DNA of 29,948 nucleotides from Perkinsus olseni (Eukaryota): NCBI GenBank assembly GCA_013115125.1, contig JABANN010000055.1, positions 62,001 to 91,948 of the forward strand, read 5' to 3'. Shown piece by piece: positions 1 to 10,075 of this stretch (position 1 is its first letter; each line of letters starts with the position of its first letter). The notes under the pieces were generated by a model. It saw only the letters and a program-made list of their open reading frames with translations, ran no database searches and was not told where the DNA came from. The position numbers and the translations under genes were made by a program.

Positions 1-957
1 TATGGTCGGTGGGGAGTAGGTGATGTAGAGTCATGCTACATTCAAGGCTGATGCTCACTCACTAGCCCGATGAAGCGGCTGGCGTGAGAGGCTTGTGGAG
101 ACAGATCTACGAGCATTCTCGGAGGGGCGAGCTCGCCTTCGCGGCTGGGGCAGCTGAGAGGGCGTACCGAGGAATACACCCCTTCATCATTCATGCGGAG
201 CCAAACTTGGCCTGTGGAATTGCATGGAAACAACGCCAGACTGGTCATATGAAACCGGACACTAATGCAAATAACGACTGTAGCCGTCGTGTGGGGCTCG
301 GAGCTACTCCCGCGCAGGAGAGCTCGAGTGCAAGGGCGTCTTCCATCCCGCACTGAGCCATCCTTGTAGCGAACGGAGTCAGATCGAGGGGGACCTGTGA
401 GGGCGTCCGCGCAAGCCTTTCGAGAGCACAGTCACCTTCATCAAGGGAGGCGACAAGTACGCGAAATTGTCGGTGAGTAGAGTGCCACCCGGCCCGCCGC
501 CCGGCCCGCTCGGAATCGTGTAGAACACATCCCGACCTGAGACTAGCTTGTGGATTCATCAGGTATGATCAGCTGACCGGTCTCGTACGGCCAGCCTCCA
601 TGATGCTTGTGCCACTTCGAACGGCGCCCTGAGAACACGACCATTTCCCGAGTCACTCCTCGGATCGCTCAGCAAAAGTCACATCTCTGGAGACGGAGCT
701 TTCGGTGGTGGAGCTTATGAGCCTGGAGAAATGACGATCCGACGTCGTGGTCAGCCGATTGATCGCTCGGATGGTCATGAAAGACCTGACCGCCGAGTTC
801 TTGCATAGCCCGGAGGTCGTGGGGCTACCGTTCCTCGTGCTTCGTGGTGGGAGTGGTTGAGAGGGATCAGCATGCAAGCACGTGAAGCTGGAACAAGAGG
901 GACCACGGCACGCCCCCGACGGATGCTGTACAGTAGCTCGGCAGCCCAGTCGCTCAT
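1..957 (-). CDS. possible uncharacterised intron-containing gene (partial; strand and structure uncertain)
   Basis: Protein-like minus-strand fragments (MSDWAAELLYSIRRG from ATG 957; FRVLVASLDEGDCALERLART...MEDALALELSCAG in ORF 245-559) with plausible splice signals. No recognisable family, and plus-strand readings could not be excluded. Confidence 0.25.
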
Positions 958-1024
958 TAACAACTCGACGAGAATGGAGTTCAAAAAGGTTGTGCTGCTT
1001 GATTAACATCGTCGTTATCTAGTG

Positions 1025-4000
1025 TCACCACATCGTTCCCACAGTCTCAAATTTGCATTCTACTAAGTACTTGCATCTCACCTGCGACACATCGTAAACA
1101 ACATATTCATTATATAAAAGGGAACCATTAGCCTTGTACGCTGGGTTGGCCATCGGTTTGCCCCGAGGGACCTGCATGGGGAGCAAGCCCTCTGCGTCAT
1201 GGTAAAGCGGCTACTGTACTCACGACGCAGCCCTCCGGGGTCACGTAGTTGCCGGCAGGGTCGGGGCAAGTACCACCGATACCCTTCGTGCTGCGACACG
1301 ACTTGGGAAGCTTTTTACCTGCACAAGCCAGCAGCACGACTGAGCGCATTCAGGTTCGTGACCTTGCACGAATACAGTAAAGCCTTGGACCTTGGAAGCC
1401 CTGGGGCGGCTTCTCCTGGTCCGCGCTGTACACAAAGATCGCCTCCTGGAGCTCCAGCCTACTGTACCATGATGCCGAAGAAAATAAGGCGGATCTCAGG
1501 CGAAGCCAGTCAAGGTCTTACGATTTCCCAAGCGCCACTTCGCATAGCATAAGTAATCCGGTGTCGCCGCTCAGCGAAGCGAAGCAGTAGTTGGCGCTTT
1601 TGGTGACCATGTCCGCGAAGTAGACCCCTTTGCCGAACATGTATCCCGTAACTGGAGCTTCCGAGGGGGCTATGCGCAGTCCCTGATCGAACGTCGTTGG
1701 TGAGACATCACGTAACCTCTATCAGATAAACTTATGTGATGAACCGAGCGCGGAACCTTCTTAACGACACTCTCCCGAAGCGAGCGTCGCATCCCAGGGG
1801 AGGGCTGACCACCTGGGGCAATATGCCGGCCCAATTGGTCATCCGCGATCCGTGCCACAGGAGCATCCTGTTAGGATCCTTGGAGTGGGGCTCGAACCGT
1901 TGACTCTCTCCTTCTCGATCGACACGGAAGCAATTGACAACTTGTAACTTGTACGTAGTGTGAGTTGGGCCGTGGGTATTATGTACGTATCTGAGGGACA
2001 CCTTTATCGTTCAGGGAAAAGTGCAAAGTGCCGCCAACGCTGGGTGAGAGTTAAATCGGCGGAGCGAAGCAGCAGAAGAGCTAATCCGAGCGGGTAGTTT
2101 ATATGCGGATCCCGCACAGAAGCAACAGTCGCTGATTCATTCCGAGGTGCGGTTCTGATGGTTCCCTCGCATGGTGGCCAGTATAAGGGAGCTACCTACT
2201 CCTCGATGAGTTGGAATTCGAATGATGAGCGGTCCAACACGCTGAGGCCGCAGCGTAGTTTATCGTAGTGGACTCGAACTGGATCCGCTGCTCCATTAGA
2301 GCTCGGTGCCGAGACGACGCTGTAGGAGACTTCCAAGTCCATCAGGCTCTGAACTAGGTCAACCTGCGGGAGATGAACCGAGCTAGGTCGAGAATGACAC
2401 CCGCGATGGTGGCCTTACCTTCTGTTCGATCAGATGTTCGTTGTCCAGTACGGGCAGAGGCACTCCTGGTGGAATACTGTGGGGGACCATCGTGTAGAAA
2501 CGATTGGTCAGATCAGCCAGGATCAAAGCGCGTGGTCCACCTGAGGCAGCCTTGACCAACGGCAAGGCACTGATGGGAGCTTACTTCGACGCATCAGCTC
2601 CACTTGGAGATCTTGCAGGACAGCGAAGGCCGCGGTGAGACCCTTCCTCGATATCCGCCCGAGCGGCATCTTGTCGGAGTCGATCTCGAGGTCACGTAGT
2701 TCCTGCTCCATGGCGTTGATGTCACAGATGAGAGTAACAAGGCTTGCGACGGCCTTTGGGAGGGTCGACCCATTCGTCAGACCTGTTGGTGATCGCTATA
2801 CCAGCAGCTGCTATGCAGGCCCCTACTCATGCGGCGAGCCAGCGTTTGACCGGAGAACGGTGACGATGAGCCACCACGGTCGTCACTAGGGGCAGAGTCC
2901 ATCTTAGTGTCCAATCGGAAGGCCTTCCCGGGGTGCATCTCGAAAGGTACCAGGCCGGCCGCGACCTCATAGAAAAGATTTCCTGTCTTCTCCTCGAACA
3001 ACCTGCCATGGATGATCGAATCTCACTGCAATGTCAAGCATAAAACTCCCGCTTAGCGTTTAAGCGTTCGTCTAAGCCGACACAGGCCTTCAGAATGATT
3101 TCGGTGTGCGATACGGGGCAGGACTGTGGCGTGATGAGTCAACGACCTGTTATGCCGAGGAATACAACTCTTAGCTCCTAGCTGAAGTCCTGGCCAAGCA
3201 GCACTGCTGCCAACCACAATCGAAGGGCCGAATCACTGCGCAGCAGCAACGCGACGAAAGGACCAGAAAAATGCTCGACAGTTCCTCAGCAAGATACGCA
3301 CGATGTGAGCATCTCCTCTCACTTTTCAAATTCAGAGATCGCATGCTCCTTGCTCCTCATCTTCTCCCGCTTATCGCCACCAATCACATCGTTGCCAGTG
3401 CGACCCCACTTCCTGACATCTCCTTCAGGAAAGTGAAGACACCCGAAGAGTGGACCGACCTGTACACCCAGTAGCCATCGCCATCATCAGCCTCATAAAG
3501 TTGAAGGATATAGAAGCTGTTGGTACCGGAGGACGCATCCGTCCTCGACAAGGTCTCACTGTAGGCCACCTGAAACGGCAGCCGATCCGCTCGCGGAGAG
3601 AATCCTCGGACTACTCACAGTGCCATCGACGAAGATATGCGCCTTCTCGGCGAGCTCATCATCGTGTACCACCACGCCACTTTTCATCTGACAAATGAAG
3701 ATCCTCCTTCAGCCTTGCAGCCCCAGTTCCACAACTGGACATGATTAGCGCGAACCACATGTGAAAGGCAGCAACACGAAGCTACCCTTAATTTCTCCTT
3801 CCCACTCGACTTAGCCGATTTCAACAGTCGGCTGGATACCGAAGATGCGCTCTTCCGTCCCACGCTGTGGCTGAGGAATCCGGAAGCCTCTGAAGAACAG
3901 AGACTTTGCGTCCTCGAAAGCTGACATCGGTGGGCGTCCTACCTTCGGGGTGGCACAAGTAGGGTTGCAGCGGCAGTGTTTCCTTCCGATCAACGCAGTC

Positions 4001-6456
4001 GGTGACGAAGCTCTCGTTGACAACAGGCAGTCTAGACCGCCGTGCCTTGGCGTAGATGCTCGCTTGTTTCTCCAACTCTGCCACAGTGGAAATGACCAAA
4101 TTCACCTGCGAAAAGGTAGTGGAAGTAGGTGGGGCACCCAGTGGTCGATGGGCCTACCCTTCCATCGACCTTATCCTGTAGCTTCCCCCCAGCCTCAGAG
4201 ATCATCTGCTTCAGCTGGGGGCGAGTGTGGCTCAGACGCCCAATCGCCCCGATTATCATACCTGCGGCAAGTTCCATGCGGAAGGTCGCTGGTTCGATCC
4301 CGGCACGGTACCTTTTAGAGGAGTAATAGTCTTATCGCCCACATGGTTCCGCTCAGTCGGCTGAACTTGATTCTGCCCACTTGCAAGCTCCTGCTTAGCA
4401 TCCTTCGACTTCTCGACCGTCGCGAACAGTCGATCACCTGGACGCCCTCCATACTTCGGAAACAGCGCCCCTGACAGCTTACCCGTGGATGGTCTCAGCT
4501 GCGACAACTCAGGGTGCAGCATCAAGGCGTCATCAGTGAAGCGCCAGAGGCTTCGACCAGGCGTCCGGGAGGTCTCAGTGCACTTAGTGTACCCGCTTAT
4601 CCAGCCGCTGCACTCGTAGGTCTCCCCATGCAACCTGAAACGTGCGGAAGTATGACGAGTTGACGACGGGAGGTCACCAATCGAAGCTCCGCGAAGGGTT
4701 TGCTATCACCGATATTCCGAGGCAGTTATCATACAAGTAGCGTACGAAAGGCCGCGGATTCCCGCAGCATGAACCACTGATCCGCAGCTCATCTTTCCAG
4801 CTGGGCGATCAGATAGGAAAGTTAACGACTAAGATATACCTTCCTTCACGATGATCTCAAGGGGAAGCGATGCGTCCGACCCAACTTCCGCGGAATCGAT
4901 GCTCCGCCGAGGACCCGATCATACGCCGGACTCGACGATTACAGTGCGAAAATCGTATTTTCCTGGTCAAAGTTCGGGAAGGAAACCAGGAAGTGAAGGG
5001 AAGGAAGAGAAGGGAAGGGAAGGATCCACAACCCATACATCCACATACGCCTTCAGAAGAATTATTCCGCGGCAAATACGTCCAGCTGAGAGACCCCATA
5101 ACCGAAAAGCTCCGCGCCGAGGGCTCACCTGAAGCGGCCACTGCCACAGGTGGGGCAACGATCTGGTATGCCGAAGAGGACACAGTCCGCTACTATTTGA
5201 CGAAGGTCATCTTCCCCTCCCTTCTTCATCCAATACCCGTTGGCCTGACACCGGGGCACCATGACTGGAACTCGCAATAGACCAGCATTCTGCACACCTG
5301 CAGCTCATCGAGTAGATCCGATCGAGTGAGGCACTCCAGGAGGGTCATCACTGTGAACAACCTATCGGACTGCTCCCGCAGACTGACCTTGGACACGCCG
5401 CTGGGCGCAAACTGGAGAAGACAGGGATATCCAAAAGGACAGCATAGACCACAGCGCACCTCATCCGACTCTCTTCCAGGTGTAGCGGTGACACTACTAC
5501 GGCTCTTCTTCTTTGCTCTGGCCTTCGGAGTCCCCTGCCGCTTGGCACCTAGGAAAACGTCGCGCGCCACGAAATTCCTACAGCGGGTACCTCTGCTCGT
5601 CTTGGGCACTCCATTCCGCCCGTCGATCGCCGCTTGCAGAGCCTCCCTGTCGCCTGCATCCAATCCGTCGATACCTCGTAGCTGGTCAGCGCTGAAGAGG
5701 CGCATCGCGGAGTAGTCCCCGCGCTTAAGAAAGCACTGTACATGATGCCAGTCTGTGGCCTCGATATTGAAGCCAGGAGCTGACAGAGCATATCACCGGG
5801 AGCCGAGGCCATCAGGAACGCCCACTTATTTCCTTCATGCCATCAATTCCCAGTCGAACTTCGCCTCTGTCGATGTGCTTATAGCATCCCCGACATTCCG
5901 ACCGATTCGACTTCGCGTATTCTACTCTCAGACCCGCCGCCGACGACGACGAGGATGATGATGATGATGATGATGATGATCTGCCACCGCCCGGAGCGCC
6001 CTGGCATGGAAGGATGAGGGGAAGCTGCGCACGAAACGGTCGAGTCAGGAGGAAGTATGCAAAGCTCAGAACGTGCGCAGATGAGTGCGTCTCACGACTC
6101 TTCGTCTGTCACCACCGGTTGACTTTGGGAACCTCTCCTACTGTTAAATGAGCCTCTATCTCCTCCTGATCCGTGAACTTCAAGGACGAGAAGCCGTAGA
6201 TATCCGACACGGAGCCAGGCAGAGGCCTTCCCCTCCAGAAGCACTTAGCGTGGTACCTGCACCACCTGCCCTCTCAGCTGCTCACACATCATCATTACTA
6301 CCAGCTGGGGACCTTGCCGTCGAAATAGGGGCTCTGGACCATCCGCCCCAGCCGAAGTGCCTTCTCAGGGATGCTGGTATGGCAGGCACGACAATTCGAC
6401 CGCCCTGTCTTCGCGTACTCCGCTACGAAGTCTATGTTTTGGTCGTAGTAGGGCAT
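1025..6456 (-). CDS. PARP1: poly(ADP-ribose) polymerase 1-like, multi-exon
   Basis: Full PARP1 domain order after splicing. ZnF1 ([13 protein letters not shown]...WYHAKCF), ZnF2 ([13 protein letters not shown]...WHHVQCF), PADR1/Zn3 ([15 protein letters not shown]...[13 protein letters not shown]), BRCT ([10 protein letters not shown]...AGGK), WGR (YWVYRKWGRTG), regulatory domain ([19 protein letters not shown]). Catalytic domain has an intact H-Y-E triad ([25 protein letters not shown]). ATG 6456, stop TGA 1025-1027. Confidence 0.96.
3119..3192 (+). ncRNA. candidate box C/D snoRNA-like element, antisense within PARP1 intron 3003-3322
   Basis: Box C GTGATGA at 3131-3137 and box D CTGA at 3182-3185. 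Terminal stem CAGGACT (3119-3125) pairs with AGTCCTG (3186-3192). Internal GACCTGTTAT (3144-3153) is complementary to conserved 18S rRNA AUAACAGGUC. The D' box is degenerate and the orientation is atypical. Confidence 0.35.
4283..4312 (+). other. tRNA 3'-half-like fragment (variable loop, T arm, acceptor strand; perfect Pol III B box) antisense in the 50-nt PARP1 intron 4262-4311
   Basis: AGGTC-GCTGG-TTCGATC-CCGGC-ACGGTAC-C then TTTT. The 5-bp T stem pairs (one G-U). No 5' half nearby, so not a complete tRNA gene. Confidence 0.6.
5954..5980. repeat. (GAT)9 microsatellite encoding part of a 13-Ser linker between PARP1 ZnF1 and ZnF2
   Basis: Nine perfect GAT units, read on the minus strand as TCA x8 followed by TCC and TCG x4. 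Confidence 0.9.
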
Positions 6457-6560
6457 ACCATCAATAACTAAGAGCAGCTCCAACGGGTAAAGGCCGCAAC
6501 TCAAGACCGCTCCGGTAGCATTGGAAACTGGGACGTGGCAACGGAAACGCATGACAGATT

Positions 6561-8548
6561 TCAGCGGTGGCCTCTATTCCGCCGCGCGTGGGGGTTGCGC
6601 TTCTTATTGAAGGACTGCGTTCGCCGGTAGAGGGAATCCTCCATCTTCAGTCTTGTCAGCTCCTCTTCCCTGGCGGCCCAGAATTGATCCGATGGCCGAT
6701 AGAGTGGCTCGGCTCTTGCCTGAGAATCAAACCTCAGGACGTCGTCGATCCACCCGAGGAGCCTACCTCAGCCACGCTTCCTTCAGGCACGTCACCGCCT
6801 GTCTTCTCGATGTTGTTGGATCCTTCCTCCACTCTCGACCTGCTCTTCGTTCCCATAAACTCGTGGTCTCCTAGTTATGACCAACCACTAGGCGAGCTAC
6901 TGTCTGACCGCCCTACCATCGTCGACCGCGTCGGGGCCGTCCTGAGTGCTAGTGCTGCCCTCGGGTACTCGGACTCCGGCATATCCGTAGGCAGCCTTAA
7001 GCGCTGCCTCCCGCAGGGCCTCATCTGGGTCCCCCTCCGGCCCGTCCCCCGGCTGTCGCTGTTCGGCGATTCCAGTAGTAGTCCACTGCCCTGCCAGGAC
7101 CTTCCTCTCCATCTCCTGGTGGAACAGGCGGATCCGTCGCCGCTTCGAGAGCATGGCGATTTGCCAGAACATACGCATGATCTGACAGGAGACCCATCCC
7201 TACAAATACTCGATGGCCGAACGGAATCAGGCTCAGCGTCGGTTAGTCTGATTCCTTCCCCTCACAGAAAGTGGCGATGGGAATGCATTCAACGGCCTTT
7301 GCGTGACTCATTCTCATGACTACCGCAATTCTACGCAATCACCGAGCAAATCACCGCTCCGAGTTGACAGTCTTCAGAGAGAAGCTCTGCTGTAGCCCCC
7401 CTCCCTCCAGAGGTGCATGCGGTAACTAGATGTGAAGGGCAAGTGAGCAAGCCCAGCGGAAGTACAGTATGGCAGCGCTTGAGTCCCCACAGGAGCGTCG
7501 ATGGCAGGAGCCGCCCTTGGAGCTGCACCTGTCTGATATTGCCGGTATTGGGTCGGGCGTCAAAGGCCTCTAGCTCTCGCAAGGACATGAGGAAGTCCTC
7601 GTGGAACTTGACCACGGTCGGATGGACAAACCCACACTGCTTCATCTCCTCTAGCACCGAATGGGCCATATCCAAGCCTGGCAGAAATCGTCACTGCGCC
7701 ACGAAATTCAACGGGTCAGCTCACCGGGGTGCTTCGGACACATGATGTAACCGAAGATCATCAGGGAGAAGGTGACCTCATCGGCCGGGATGTTGAGGTG
7801 ATGAAAATGATCCATCGCGGCTTGCCACCGATGCCAGTCCTTCTTCCGACAATACAGCGCTAAGAGCTTGTGGGCCTTGCTTCGAGCCTTCACTACTCTC
7901 ACCCCTTCAGAAGGCAGGTACCTAGGGGGTATCCTTCTTACTGAAAGCGAGAGGAGTAGGTTGATAGTGCTACTCCAGGGTCTACAGGTGGGCTCTCCTA
8001 GGAGGTAAAGCCGCGTTCTAGTCAGTGGCATTCCGTCGCTAATACGCCGTGCGATGGCATGAGACGAGAAGCCTTACTCCTCGAGAAGCTGTGCGTGCTG
8101 CTCTGGACTCAGCTTCCAGGCCTCGGGCTTGTTCCTCGGGCCGGGAATATCCCTAGGGGGGACTACTGAACCCCAAGGGAGGAGCTCTCCAGGCTCCAAT
8201 ACTCTCGTGCTATGTACCTGTAAAGGTCCCGGGTTCGATCCCTGGATGGGGACTTCTACCTACATCAGCAAGCATTTTCTTTGGCGTGTGTTTAACGCCC
8301 CGCCTGAGCTCGCATGAAGCGACGGCCTTCCCTTTATGTCGGGCTCTCACGAGAGAGTACGCCGTGCGGGTCCGTGATGGCTCCCGGGACCGCAGACGGG
8401 CCGCTAGGGCCGTATCCTGAGCGATGACCGTGGGGAAGACCCGAGACGCAGCAGCCGGATGCCCTCTTGCCACGGTAGCGCGGGGCAAAGGTCGATGTGC
8501 CACCGGCAGGGCAGCTGCTAAGCACCGACGGCGCAAGTGCTGTAGCAT
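6561..8548 (-). CDS. pentatricopeptide-repeat-like protein, probably mitochondrial, multi-exon
   Basis: PPR-like helix pair ([27 protein letters not shown]...[19 protein letters not shown]). Arg/Ala/Leu-rich, acid-poor N-terminus ([14 protein letters not shown]) resembles a presequence. Exons splice with GT-AG to a TGA at 6561-6563. Confidence 0.65.
8224..8253 (+). other. tRNA 3'-half-like fragment (variable loop, T arm, acceptor strand; perfect B box) antisense in the predicted 46-nt intron 8218-8263 of the PPR-like gene
   Basis: AGGTC-CCGGG-TTCGATC-CCTGG-ATGGGGA-C. The 5-bp T stem pairs (one G-U). No 5' half nearby. Confidence 0.6.
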
Positions 8549-8726
8549 CTGGGCAGAGGACTGAGCCACCCGTCGATCGGCGCCACGGCGTAACTATGCA
8601 ACTCAACACGCGGGGTAGAGCGAGGTGTGGAAGATGGCAGTTGCGAGTACCCGACTCGGAGTGTGACGGGTGGGCTATAACGAGCCTCATAATAAAAAAG
8701 CGGCAGAAGTCACTATTATGAGCATT

Positions 8727-9471
8727 TCATAGAATCTCTGTGTCGGCGACACGGTCGGTCTTGACGACTGGAGCATGATGGCCATCGAGCGCAGTCTCCT
8801 CGATGGCTCTGTCAATGTAGCACCGCGGGGCGGGCCAGTTATGGATCTAAACGAGAGGATGTCTGTCCGTCGCCATGGAATGCCGGCAGCAACTCACGAA
8901 GATTCCCTTCCACACTCGGGCTCCCACGTAACGGTCTGTCTTGATCCGAACGATTAATGTGATGAAGTGCCACACCGTGGCCTCTACTATACCTACGAAG
9001 GGCCGATGTCGATGAAGGGGATACACGATGGGTCGAATAGCGACCTATGATGCCTCCCATGAAGACTTGTTGAGGAGTATGGTCTCGCAGGATGACTCTT
9101 GATAGAGGTATCGGTAGGAGTACCAACGACCAGAAACCAACGACTACAACCAGCTGATCTGATGGGAAGAGGAGAATGACGACACATGAAGGGGGACGAC
9201 GACTGAAGGGGTACCTTCAGAAATGGTTGGGGCCGTCGGCAGGATGTGACCATTGCGTAGGAAGGATCGCAGTTTCTCGAGGAATGACCGAGACACCTGA
9301 GATGACCACAGACTTGAGTGAGGGAGGCGATCAAACGGAGCGGTAATGTCACCGATAAGGTGCTCACCTACCACAGTACCATACGAGTGCCGGCAGGAAG
9401 CCCTCGCCATTACCGAATGGACAGACGCTGTCCGAGCCGACATACCAAGCGGGCTTACACACTGTAGCCAT
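8727..9471 (-). pseudogene. PAP2/DOLPP1-like phosphatase copy A with internal deletion of catalytic motifs C1 and C2 (pseudogene or pseudo-enzyme)
   Basis: Closely similar, introns included, to copy C. About 416 nt (copy C 11894-12310) are missing at the junction near 9330. Keeps SRVILRDHTPQQ but lacks KxxxxxxRP and PSSH. The frame stays open across the junction. Confidence 0.8.
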
Positions 9472-9761
9472 TGGATAAAAAAGCACGGTGAAATAGCGGG
9501 GCTGGTAAGAACTTGTAGACGGCGAATGGCAATAGGCTAGCTCACATGCGCTGTCGCCACGAGTGGATGCCAAGATGGCGGTTGCCCAGCCTCCCAGCTG
9601 AGGAAGACTGACCCTCCGGTCGATCGGTGCCATGGCCTAAGTATGCAACTCAATCATCGGAGTGATTCTGGATCGGGACTGCGCCGAGAAAATTATGTGC
9701 GGAAGACAGACGAGATCAGGAGGCTGAGCTGAAGTAGGTACTCGGACAGCTTCAACCGACC

Positions 9762-10075
9762 CTACCGAATAAAGGGAAGGAGAAGTCGTCGCTCTGCGTC
9801 TTTTCCAGCGGCATCTTCGGCGGCAGTGCCGACGAGAAACGACCTCCCGGAGGTACCACAACATCCGCACTCAGTCTCGTTGGAAGCCTTGCGACGATAT
9901 CGACAGAATATAGGGAGAGCATCGAAGAGGTTCGGGTAGACAGAGATGGTTACGTTACCGATGAGAGATTGGCCTAACACTATACCATATGAGTGCCAGA
10001 GAGGCTTCCGTCATCACCGACGGGAGATAGGCTATACAAATCAACATACCTTGGTGGCCGCCACACTGTAGCCAT
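9762..10075 (-). pseudogene. PAP2/DOLPP1-like copy B, relic with the 5' end fused directly to the last exon
   Basis: MATVWRPPRYVDL...LIGNVTISVYPNLFD matches the copy C N-terminus, then jumps near 9898 to RKASNETECGCCGTSGRSF, matching the copy C C-terminus RKAPDEAELGCRGTSGRAF. All three PAP2 motifs are absent. Confidence 0.75.

Noticed and set aside
4345-4367. D-arm-like GCTCAGTCGGCTGAAC downstream of the tRNA 3' half (possible permuted tRNA)
   Set aside because: No acceptor strand complementary to ACGGTAC, no anticodon arm, and it lies in PARP1 coding sequence.
4870-5280. 136-aa plus-strand ORF as a nested gene in PARP1
   Set aside because: Its 3' part is the antisense of the PARP1 Zn3 exon (about 5129-5245); no family motif.
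6567-7319. 250-aa plus-strand ORF
   Set aside because: Antisense shadow of the PPR-like gene's last exons; Ser/Pro/Leu-biased with no motif.
7941-7997. Possible GA-AG intron in the PPR-like gene
   Set aside because: A canonical 45-nt GT-AG intron (7941-7985) explains the region in frame.
9461-9585. Spliced-leader-like words (ACTGTAGCCATTGG on plus; GCCATCTTGGC on minus)
   Set aside because: The first is just the reverse complement of the PAP2 start ATGGCTACAGT. The second is an 11-nt partial match upstream of an intron-containing gene, too weak for a relict SL.
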